64,000 nt of DNA from Candidatus Woesebacteria bacterium GW2011_GWC1_42_9 (lineage in GTDB: Bacteria; Patescibacteriota; Microgenomatia; UBA8517), in NCBI GenBank assembly GCA_000995185.1, contig LCET01000001.1:103028-167027 (forward strand), written 5' to 3'. Under the pieces are notes generated by a model, which was not told the origin of the DNA, searched no databases, and saw only the letters and a list, made by a program, of their open reading frames with translations. The first letter of the stretch is position 1. Each line of letters opens with the position of its first letter. Shown piece after piece: positions 56,784 through 64,000 of the stretch. A program made the translations under genes and the position numbers.

Positions 56784-57859
56784 TGTATTTGATGGAATTC
56801 CAAGGTATTATCCCCAAAGCATGTGACTAAAAAACTGGAGTTACTGACTCGACATAGCCCAGTTGGCTCTTTCCCTGTGTACTGAGATCTCCCTTGCACT
56901 TTTTCTTTGTCTATGTCAACAAGATAGACACATGAGGAGCCTCTACATGAAACAATAATCTCGTTATTTCCTAGAAAGTCTATAGAATTTGGAGATTTCC
57001 CAACAGCTATTTTTTTAGTGTTTTTCAGGGTATCCGTGGAATACTGAAGGAGCAAGTTCCTGCCTAAATTAGAAACATACGCATACTCTCCTCTTTCATC
57101 AATGATTATATGTCTCATATTTCCGGAATACCTGGGTTTTTCGAACGGCTCTGTTGTTGTAATGTTAAACCATTCATCTGAGTATTTTTTGAATACGCCT
57201 AGATTTCCAGAATAAAATCCAGTCACAATAGCGCTATTACCATCTGGTGCAAAAGCTATTCCTCTGGGGGCCTCTCCCCACTCAAGGGTTTGTTTTAATT
57301 TGGGAGCAAAGGAGTCAGATGTATCAATTACACTGATGTTGTGGCTATGCCAGTTTGAAATCATAATTTCATTATGTATTGGGTTGACTGCTATCAACTT
57401 ACTCCAATTACCTCCTGTATTCAGAGATGAGAGAATTGAGAGGTTCTCTGCGTTAATAATCCATAATTGATTTCTTGTTTTTCTTGGCGGTCGTTCAAAA
57501 TTCGTAGTAGTTGCATATAGTAAGCCACCATCTATAGCTACCTCAACACATTGATCTTCAAAATTTACTTCATCGGCAAAATGTAATTTCCTATTATCAT
57601 GGGAAAACTTTTGAAGACTTCGCCCTGACATGCATGATACATATGCATTTCGTTTGCTTGGGTCGTATACAACTTGTTTAGGTTGGGGCCTTGTTTCTAT
57701 ACCGTCTAATTTTTCTCCTGTTTCAACAACTCTCTCTGGTGGTAAAAAAATTTTTGATTCGGGTGGAGGACTAATTGTTGTTCTCCAGTATCGTTTTATG
57801 TGTTTTGGAAGATTTTTGAAATCCAAAATTTCTGGAACATATCTGCCTACCTCCTTCAT
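56780..57859 (-). CDS. YVTN-family beta-propeller repeat protein.
   Basis: Repeated blade motifs: NAYVSCMSG, LLYATT, PRGIAFAPDGNSAIVT, YAYVSNLGRNLL, SPNSIDF. Confidence 0.6.
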   Translation of the reverse strand: MKEVGRYVPEILDFKNLPKHIKRYWRTTISPPPESKIFLPPERVVETGEKLDGIETRPQPKQVVYDPSKRNAYVSCMSGRSLQKFSHDNRKLHFADEVNFEDQCVEVAIDGGLLYATTTNFERPPRKTRNQLWIINAENLSILSSLNTGGNWSKLIAVNPIHNEIMISNWHSHNISVIDTSDSFAPKLKQTLEWGEAPRGIAFAPDGNSAIVTGFYSGNLGVFKKYSDEWFNITTTEPFEKPRYSGNMRHIIIDERGEYAYVSNLGRNLLLQYSTDTLKNTKKIAVGKSPNSIDFLGNNEIIVSCRGSSCVYLVDIDKEKVQGRSQYTGKEPTGLCRVSNSSFLVTCFGDNTLEFHQIH

Positions 57860-57910
57860 GTTTCGTTATTTATTTTGTTATACCTCTCCAGTGTTTAGCT
57901 CGTAGAATTT

Positions 57911-58138
57911 CTAAGGCTTGTCAATTAATACTTGAAAACTTTGATGGATCAACTCACGAGCTTTGTTGAAATCTGAGTTTTGGAGATGAGTATTACCGTC
58001 GTGATAAAGCCTGATTGCTTTTTGTACTTGCTCAGGACACTTAGCTAATAAGTCTGGTCTCTCGTATATTAAAATTCTAGTGAGAATAGTCCCTCCTGCT
58101 TTTGGCAATTCAGGGGTATTTGGAATTTCAGCTGACAT
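57911..58138 (-). CDS. Small hypothetical protein (75 aa), co-oriented with the propeller gene.
   Basis: ORF only. Confidence 0.25.
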   Translation of the reverse strand: MSAEIPNTPELPKAGGTILTRILIYERPDLLAKCPEQVQKAIRLYHDGNTHLQNSDFNKARELIHQSFQVLIDKP

Positions 58139-58218
58139 TTGAATTGATGTAGTATAACATATGGTTTGTGATTGTATAACACTCGCGCAATAGTGAAAAT
58201 TGATATTTAGTATCAGGT

Positions 58219-59364
58219 ATGGCTGTGAATAAAAAGAAAAATAAAGTGGCGGTCATGTTTGGAGGAGTATCTCCCGAACATGAGGTGTCGGTAATAACTG
58301 GTCTTCAGGTTGTCGAGAATATTGATAGAAAAGTTTTTACTCCATATGCCATATTATTAAATAAGCAGGGTATTTTCGAATATTATAAGGGCCTTAAAAA
58401 TAGACGAGGGTACGTTAAAATTAAGCCCAACGCTGTTAATTTTGGCAGGGATAAGAAAGGCAGCTTTTTTCAGACAACTGGTTTATTGAAGGAAAAGATT
58501 TATATAGATGCGGCTTATTTGGCATTTCATGGCGGCAATGGGGAATCTGGCCAACTTCAGGGATTTTTAGAAACATTAGACATACCCTATACATCTCCAA
58601 ATGTCGAGTCTTCTGTGATCACAATGAATAAAGTAATTACTAAGCAAATTTTGTCGTCAAATGGAATTTCAACAGTTGAAGGAGTTAGTGTTAGGGATGA
58701 AGATATAAAAAAGAATGTTGATGAAGTTATTAAAAACACCAAAATAAAATTACCAGCAATAATTAAACCGGCGCATCTTGGATCAAGTATTGGCATAAAT
58801 ATTGCAAAAACGAAGGTGGAGCTGAAAAAATATTTATTGGAGGCATCCCATATTGACCCGGAGATATTAATCGAAAAATTGATTAGTAATTTCGAGGAAT
58901 ATAATATTTCAGTAAGAAGGATAAAAGGGAAAATCGGAGCTAGTGAAGTTGAAAGACCAATTTCTAAGGATCAGATTTTGTCGTTTACTGATAAGTATCA
59001 AAGAGGCGGCAAAAAAAGTGGAGGCATGGCCAGCCTGAGTCGTGAACTTCCGGCAAAAATCGATAAGATTCTTGAAGAAAAATTAAAAAAATTAGCGGTT
59101 GAAGTATTTAGGTTAATTAGAGCGAAAGGCATGATAAGGATAGATTTTATGGTTTCGGCAGACAAGATCTATGTTACAGAAGTAAACCCAATCCCTGGGT
59201 CCATGAGCTACTACCTTTGGGAAGCGAGTGGAGTGAGTTTTAGGGAACAAATCACAGATCTTATTGATCAAGCGATTGCTGATTTTTCCGAAAAACAGTC
59301 AAAGAGGGTAGATTATAGATCAGATATTGTAGAAAAATTTATTACTCATAATATAGATCATTAA
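58219..59364 (+). CDS. ddl: D-alanine--D-alanine ligase (ATP-grasp).
   Basis: KVAVMFGGVSPEHEVSVITGLQV (Dala_Dala_lig_N). ATP-grasp body. C-terminal IRIDFMVSADKIYVTEVNPIPG. Confidence 0.85.
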   Translation: MAVNKKKNKVAVMFGGVSPEHEVSVITGLQVVENIDRKVFTPYAILLNKQGIFEYYKGLKNRRGYVKIKPNAVNFGRDKKGSFFQTTGLLKEKIYIDAAYLAFHGGNGESGQLQGFLETLDIPYTSPNVESSVITMNKVITKQILSSNGISTVEGVSVRDEDIKKNVDEVIKNTKIKLPAIIKPAHLGSSIGINIAKTKVELKKYLLEASHIDPEILIEKLISNFEEYNISVRRIKGKIGASEVERPISKDQILSFTDKYQRGGKKSGGMASLSRELPAKIDKILEEKLKKLAVEVFRLIRAKGMIRIDFMVSADKIYVTEVNPIPGSMSYYLWEASGVSFREQITDLIDQAIADFSEKQSKRVDYRSDIVEKFITHNIDH

Positions 59365-60514
59365 GTTCTGGTTGAAGTAGGATTAGATATTTTTTGGGGT
59401 CATATTCTTCCAAGATTTTCCAGGCATCATTCAGATTATTTGCCAATATAAACTTATTCGAATTATTTATCACTTCAGTATATAAAATCGACTTTAGTAA
59501 AATAATTTTGTGAACTTTTTTTACTAAATATTTTCCAAGTTTTTTGTTGGCATATTTGTTTTCTTCTCCTAGTTCAGGGATGCCGGCGGTGATGACTATT
59601 AGTCCCTTTTTGTCTAGTTTTGCTAATTTAACTGCATTGTCAACCCCATATTTGGCTGTATCCCCACTAATATTGTAGCTTTGATCAATAACTTTAAATT
59701 TATTGATAATTTTGACATCGCCCCTTCTGTCCGGCTTTTTCAACTTTGTGATTGTATCTTTGATAATGTCATTCGGGATATTTAGTATTTTAGCTACTTT
59801 TAGTGCATAGGCTAAATTAGTTTTTTTATCACAGATTTTAATTGCATTTGGTTTTGCGTAATCAAAAATTTCAAGTAAGGCTTTTTTTAAGTTTGATTTT
59901 GAGCCGAGTCTCTCTAAGTGTTGGTCGCCGACATTGGTTAGTAGTGCAATATCCGGAGGAGTAATTCTAAGACTCCTTTTAATTTCTCCAACGAAATATG
60001 TATCAACCTCTACAATTAATAGTTCGCTTGAATGGTCGAAATTATTTAGTAGCCAATTAGCAATACCCGTGGGAGTATTAATATTGCCGGGGATAATTTG
60101 AGTTTTATAATTATATCTAACAAACTCGTAAATATAATTTTTGACCGTGGTTTTGCCATATGAACCGGCGATGGCAATTACTTTTGTATTTTTGCCGTAC
60201 TTATTAAAGTGGATTGCGGCGTTTTTTTGAATATTTAATTTAATCCGCTCAAAATAAGGTGTTAAAACAGAATTTGATAACCATATCCAAAGTGGTGTGA
60301 AAGGCGGCATGGTTATACAAAAGGGCAGTGCTAGTGCCAAAGTAATATTTATTCTTTTTGTATAGACTAATTTACCCCTTTTTTGGATATTCCTCCTCCA
60401 CCAAAAACGCTTTATTGTATTAAAGTATCTCTTAGATTCATACTCTTCAAGTTGAAGAAGGTACAAAAAATCAGCTATCGGATAGATTGTTGATAAAATT
60501 TTTGACATAGCCAA
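59342..60514 (-). CDS. murF: Mur ligase family protein, MurF-like (UDP-MurNAc-tripeptide:D-Ala-D-Ala ligase). It has an atypical N-terminus carrying a hydrophobic segment.
   Basis: VIAIAGSYGKTTVKNYI, PGNINTPTGIANWLL (parallels MurF GNLNNEIGVP), LLTNVGDQHLERLGS, DQSYNISGDTAKYG (parallels DDSYNAN), IVITAGIPELGEE. The first ~100 aa lack the usual MurF N-terminal domain and contain ITLALALPFCITMPPFTPLWIWL. Confidence 0.6.
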   Translation of the reverse strand: MAMSKILSTIYPIADFLYLLQLEEYESKRYFNTIKRFWWRRNIQKRGKLVYTKRINITLALALPFCITMPPFTPLWIWLSNSVLTPYFERIKLNIQKNAAIHFNKYGKNTKVIAIAGSYGKTTVKNYIYEFVRYNYKTQIIPGNINTPTGIANWLLNNFDHSSELLIVEVDTYFVGEIKRSLRITPPDIALLTNVGDQHLERLGSKSNLKKALLEIFDYAKPNAIKICDKKTNLAYALKVAKILNIPNDIIKDTITKLKKPDRRGDVKIINKFKVIDQSYNISGDTAKYGVDNAVKLAKLDKKGLIVITAGIPELGEENKYANKKLGKYLVKKVHKIILLKSILYTEVINNSNKFILANNLNDAWKILEEYDPKKYLILLQPELNDLYYE

Positions 60515-61154
60515 AAAATAGATCTGACTTATCTAAAAAAACGTTGTGGCCAGCGTTTTCTATGATTTTCAGTTGAGAATTTGGGATTAGTTTTTCCATT
60601 TCATACGCGATATGCAGTGGGACTTGATCATCATTTTCTCCCCAGATCAAGAGAGTGGGTATTATTATTTTTTTTAGACTTGTTGATTGGTCGTAAGTAA
60701 TGATATTTCTGAAAATTTTCTCAAGCTTTCCCGCCCTTTTTAGATCTTCCGAGTAAAATAATACTTTAATACCCTTTGGCATAAATACTTTTAATAATTT
60801 ATATATTTTTATTTTTGCCTTTACTAATGTTGATGGTCTATAGAGACAAGGCGCGCCGGTTAATACGAGTCCTTTTAAAAGTTTTGGATTTTTACTAGCC
60901 ACTTCAGCCGCGATTCTGCCTCCAAACGAATGCCCAATTAGAACAGTGTCTTTTTTTTTGTCAATTCGCCGTATGACCCAATCGGCATATTCCGGAATTC
61001 CCCAGTCATCTTTGACAAGAGGTTCGTCCCCAAACCCAGGCAAATCTAATGCTTTTGCATTTTTACCAAACTTAGTTGCTAAGTTTTTCCAAAGCTCTCT
61101 ATTGTGTCCCCACCCGTGCAAAATAATTATTTTCATCTTGCCATATTTTACCAT
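60471..61154 (-). CDS. Alpha/beta-hydrolase fold protein.
   Basis: IIILHGWGHN (oxyanion-hole region). LIGHSFGG (GxSxG nucleophile elbow). ENAGHNVFLD (catalytic His). Confidence 0.65.
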   Translation of the reverse strand: MVKYGKMKIIILHGWGHNRELWKNLATKFGKNAKALDLPGFGDEPLVKDDWGIPEYADWVIRRIDKKKDTVLIGHSFGGRIAAEVASKNPKLLKGLVLTGAPCLYRPSTLVKAKIKIYKLLKVFMPKGIKVLFYSEDLKRAGKLEKIFRNIITYDQSTSLKKIIIPTLLIWGENDDQVPLHIAYEMEKLIPNSQLKIIENAGHNVFLDKSDLFFGYVKNFINNLSDS

Positions 61155-61187
61155 TGCCCATGAGATGTCGTATAATTTACGAGCAAC

Positions 61188-62252
61188 ATGGGCGCAACTA
61201 ACATTCTTCCACTCTCACTTGGGATAATTATTTTTTCCTTTCTAGTTACGAGTATCTTAGTCGTGCCGTTTATTGATTTTCTCTACAAGCTAAAGCTCAC
61301 TAGAAGGAAGGAAGGAGAGGTTAGGGGGATTAAAAAATCGCTTTTTGATAAGCTCCATGATAAAAAAGCCGGTACTCCAATCGGCGGAGGGATCTTGGTT
61401 ATTGCGGTCGTGGTGATACTTTTTGCACTGCTTGTCCCACTGATAAGTAGGCTCGGGGTGAAAATTGAGGCTTCGTACCCACCTAGAAAAGAATTGATAT
61501 TAATATTTTTTACTTTCATTATGTTTGGTGTTTTAGGGTTTCTTGATGACTACACAAAGATATTTGGAAGACCCAGACCGGGTGCACTGGGTGCTGCGTT
61601 TGGATTGAGTAAGAGAACTAAATTTGGCCTGCAGTGGGTGCTTGGGTTTATCGTTGGCTTTCTTCTTTATAGCTGGATGGGTATAAGCATCCTACACGTC
61701 CCCTTAATAGATGTGTCGGTAGATATTGGGGCTGCATACGTACCTTTTGCCGCATTTATTGTTGTGTTTTTTGCGAATGCTTTCAACTTCACGGATGGAT
61801 TGGATGGTCTGGCGAGTGGACTACTCATTATTTACCTTCTCACCTATATGATCATGATCGTGACGATTGGTAATCAAGACACGCTTCTTTACGTATTTAC
61901 TTCGCTTTGGATAGGCGCTTTGGGAGCATTTTTATATTTTAATATTTGGCCTGCAAGGATCTTTTTGGGCGACGCTGGCGCTCTTTCTTTTGGGGCAATG
62001 ATCGCGGTCATAGGATTAATGATAGGTAATGTGGCTACTCTGTTTATAGTTGGAGGGATATTTGTGATCGAGGCGGCAACAAGCGCAATTCAAATATTTG
62101 GGTGGAAGCTTTTGAATAGGCCAATTTTCCCGCTGGCACCAATCCATCATACTTTTCTTACTATTGGCTGGGAGGAGCCAAAGATTGTCATGAGAGCCTG
62201 GATTATCGGGATATTGATGGCAATATTTGGATTATGGTTGGCCGCAATTTAA
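61188..62252 (+). CDS. mraY: Phospho-N-acetylmuramoyl-pentapeptide transferase MraY.
   Basis: NAFNFTDGLDGLASG and ten TM helices. The PNPT family signature is clear. Confidence 0.9.
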   Translation: MGATNILPLSLGIIIFSFLVTSILVVPFIDFLYKLKLTRRKEGEVRGIKKSLFDKLHDKKAGTPIGGGILVIAVVVILFALLVPLISRLGVKIEASYPPRKELILIFFTFIMFGVLGFLDDYTKIFGRPRPGALGAAFGLSKRTKFGLQWVLGFIVGFLLYSWMGISILHVPLIDVSVDIGAAYVPFAAFIVVFFANAFNFTDGLDGLASGLLIIYLLTYMIMIVTIGNQDTLLYVFTSLWIGALGAFLYFNIWPARIFLGDAGALSFGAMIAVIGLMIGNVATLFIVGGIFVIEAATSAIQIFGWKLLNRPIFPLAPIHHTFLTIGWEEPKIVMRAWIIGILMAIFGLWLAAI

Positions 62253-63316
62253 AAAAAAATAGGTCAATTGACCGGGGATTACTGTTTCTAACTTTGGGAT
62301 TAACTGTAGTGGGAGTTGTCGTAGTTGCAGATGTTTCTTCCCCTCAGGCTTTAGAGGTATTTTCGGACAGTTTCTATTTTGCAAAACAGCAGTTAATGTG
62401 GGCCGTGGCTGGAATAGTCCTTCTTTTGATTAGTTCAAAGGTTAATTATAATATTTGGAGGAAGCTTTCCTTGCCGTTATTTGCGATGAGCATGGTGTTA
62501 TTGGTGCTGGTTTTAATACCAGGATTTGGAGCTAAAACACTTGGAGCGCAAAGGTGGCTTATTTTAGGTCCCATAAGGTTCCAGCCTTCAGAGTTAGCTA
62601 AGCTGACACTGGCGATATTTTTCGCTGATAACTTGACGAAAAACCGACCATTTTATTTTTATTTGGGAATTTTGGCGGGAGTATTTGGTTTAATTATGCT
62701 TCAGCCGGACTTAGGGACATCGTTGGTCTTATTGAGTATTGGGATGTCACAGCTTTTTATCTCAGGTATTTCTCTGACTTGGCTAACGGGTACAATATTT
62801 TTGGGCGGGCTAGTCGGGACAGGTTTAGTTTTGCTTTCCCCTTATCGCAAGGAAAGATTGATGACTTTTTTAACGAGCTCTTCTGATCCCCTAGATAGCT
62901 CATATCATATTCGCCAAATTTTAATTGCAATTGGTTCAGGTGGTTTATTTGGAGTGGGGCTGGGACAATCAAGGCAGAAACATTTATTTATTCCAGAGAC
63001 GGCAACGGACTCGGTTTTTGCGGTGTTGGCAGAGGAGATTGGATTTATTGGATCAAGCTTGATAATAATTCTTTTATTTGTCTATATCTTTAAAACAGTC
63101 AAGGTGGCTAAGAATGCCGAGGACGGATTTGCGAAACTGTTAGCAGGAGGGATCTCGGTATGGATGGGGGTACAAATTATTCTTAATCTTTCCTCTATGC
63201 TTGCTCTTACCCCATTAACAGGGATTCCTCTACCTTTTTTTAGTTATGGGGGGTCAAGTTTAGTGATGATTTTATTATCAACGGGAATATTATTAAATAT
63301 AAGTAAACATGGTTAA
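62234..63316 (+). CDS. ftsW: SEDS-family peptidoglycan glycosyltransferase FtsW/RodA.
   Basis: PSELAKLTLAIFFA and PETATDSVFAVLAEEIGFIGSSLIIILLFVYIF (parallels the ..TDFIFAVIGEELGFIG.. consensus). Confidence 0.85.
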   Translation: MVGRNLKKNRSIDRGLLFLTLGLTVVGVVVVADVSSPQALEVFSDSFYFAKQQLMWAVAGIVLLLISSKVNYNIWRKLSLPLFAMSMVLLVLVLIPGFGAKTLGAQRWLILGPIRFQPSELAKLTLAIFFADNLTKNRPFYFYLGILAGVFGLIMLQPDLGTSLVLLSIGMSQLFISGISLTWLTGTIFLGGLVGTGLVLLSPYRKERLMTFLTSSSDPLDSSYHIRQILIAIGSGGLFGVGLGQSRQKHLFIPETATDSVFAVLAEEIGFIGSSLIIILLFVYIFKTVKVAKNAEDGFAKLLAGGISVWMGVQIILNLSSMLALTPLTGIPLPFFSYGGSSLVMILLSTGILLNISKHG

Positions 63317-64000
63317 AAAAGTATTACTGACAGGAGGACATGCGGGCACTACTGCGATTGCAGTCATTCAGGAGCTCGAAGAGAGAAATAAAGAGTGGAA
63401 GATTTACTGGATTGGGGCAAGGCGGGCATCAGAGAGAGGGGACATAACGACGCTTGAGAGCAAGGTCTTTCCTGGTTTGAATGTCCATTACTGCACAATT
63501 TTGGCCGGGAAACTCCATCGAAAATGGAGTATTTACTCCATTATTTCGTTATTTAAAATTCCTTTTGGATTTGTTCATGCATTCTTATTACTTTTAAAGA
63601 TCCGACCGAAAGTTATTTTGTCCTTTGGTGGGTTTGCTGCTTTTCCAGTGGTTTTATGTGCTTGGGTCCTAAGGATCCCGATTATCATTCATGAGCAGAC
63701 ATCAACCGTGGGGTTAGCAAATCAACTATCGAATCATTTCGCAAGCAAAATTGCTGTATCACGAAAATCAAGTACGAAGTACTTTCCCCGTAAAAAGGTG
63801 GTGGTAACAGGGAACCCGGTAATGAAGCAAGTCTTGGATGTTGGGCTAAAAAAGAAAATGGGAAATCCACCGACTATTTATATTACTGGTGGTTCGCGCG
63901 GGGCAAGGGTGATAAATGAGGCGGTGAGACCGATTATAGAGGACTTATTAAAACTATTTGTTGTATATCACCAGACTGGATTAGCTGATTTTGATGAGTT
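63309..64000 (+). CDS. murG: MurG, UDP-GlcNAc:lipid I N-acetylglucosaminyltransferase. It is 3'-truncated by the window end.
   Basis: MVKKVLLTGGHAGTTAIAV... (the G-loop GGTGGH pattern) and PIIIHEQTSTVGLANQLSNHFASKIAV. The frame is open to base 64000. It is absent from the ORF track because no stop falls inside the window. Confidence 0.8.
   Translation, partial: MVKKVLLTGGHAGTTAIAVIQELEERNKEWKIYWIGARRASERGDITTLESKVFPGLNVHYCTILAGKLHRKWSIYSIISLFKIPFGFVHAFLLLLKIRPKVILSFGGFAAFPVVLCAWVLRIPIIIHEQTSTVGLANQLSNHFASKIAVSRKSSTKYFPRKKVVVTGNPVMKQVLDVGLKKKMGNPPTIYITGGSRGARVINEAVRPIIEDLLKLFVVYHQTGLADFDE

Noticed and set aside
1-64000. Searched the intergenic regions (38621-38744, 43019-43175, 43719-43832, 44383-44458, 48426-48525, 57860-58218) for tRNA/rRNA-like sequences and for CRISPR-like regularly spaced repeats.
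   Set aside because: No cloverleaf-compatible segments, no rRNA-like conserved stretches and no repeat-spacer periodicity were found. Only the hairpins and operator repeats described above are present.
1-64000. Considered an alternative genetic code (code 25/4, UGA recoding), as used by some CPR lineages.
   Set aside because: Long uninterrupted ORFs with recognisable full-length homologues, including the 1009-aa and 912-aa ORFs, are obtained with the standard code. No recoding is needed.

Overview
This is a low-GC bacterial contig read in the standard genetic code, with long intact ORFs. Its gene content and architecture suggest a CPR/Patescibacteria-type genome, but that placement is inference. 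It has three blocks. (i) 1-38.6 kb is a very large cell-surface glycosylation island. It holds 6 GT4 and 5 GT2/GT-A glycosyltransferases and about 9 integral-membrane GT-C-type proteins (YfhO-like, ArnT/PMT-like, DUF2723-like). It also encodes a Wzx-type flippase, a Wzy/O-antigen-ligase-like protein, a mannose-1-P guanylyltransferase, an initiating sugar-1-phosphate transferase, FkbM and SAM methyltransferases, a hexapeptide acetyltransferase and a DUF4012-like protein. Most of it (12733-38620) is one co-directional, translationally coupled array of about 25 genes that ends at an intrinsic terminator. (ii) 38.7-48.4 kb has recO and glyQS flanking an accessory insertion that looks like a defence island. 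The insertion contains an EcoRI-methylase-like N6-adenine MTase with an NPPF motif, a DUF262(DGQQR)+HNH nuclease, an Mrr-cat-like PD-(D/E)xK protein, a two-gene small-protein module behind palindromic operators, and a membrane-anchored trypsin-like protease coupled to a Cas4/RecB-like Fe-S nuclease. (iii) 48.5-64 kb is a rearranged dcw (division/cell-wall) cluster. It comprises mraZ preceded by three 10-bp-phased MraZ-box-like repeats, rsmH, ftsL, ftsI, a PP2C phosphatase, an in-frame murE-murD fusion (912 aa), a P-loop kinase and a histidine phosphatase, a minus-strand YVTN beta-propeller protein, ddl, a minus-strand murF-like ligase with an alpha/beta hydrolase, mraY, ftsW and the 5' part of murG. 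No rRNA, tRNA, CRISPR array or IS element was recognised. All calls are by eye from the translations; no searches were run.
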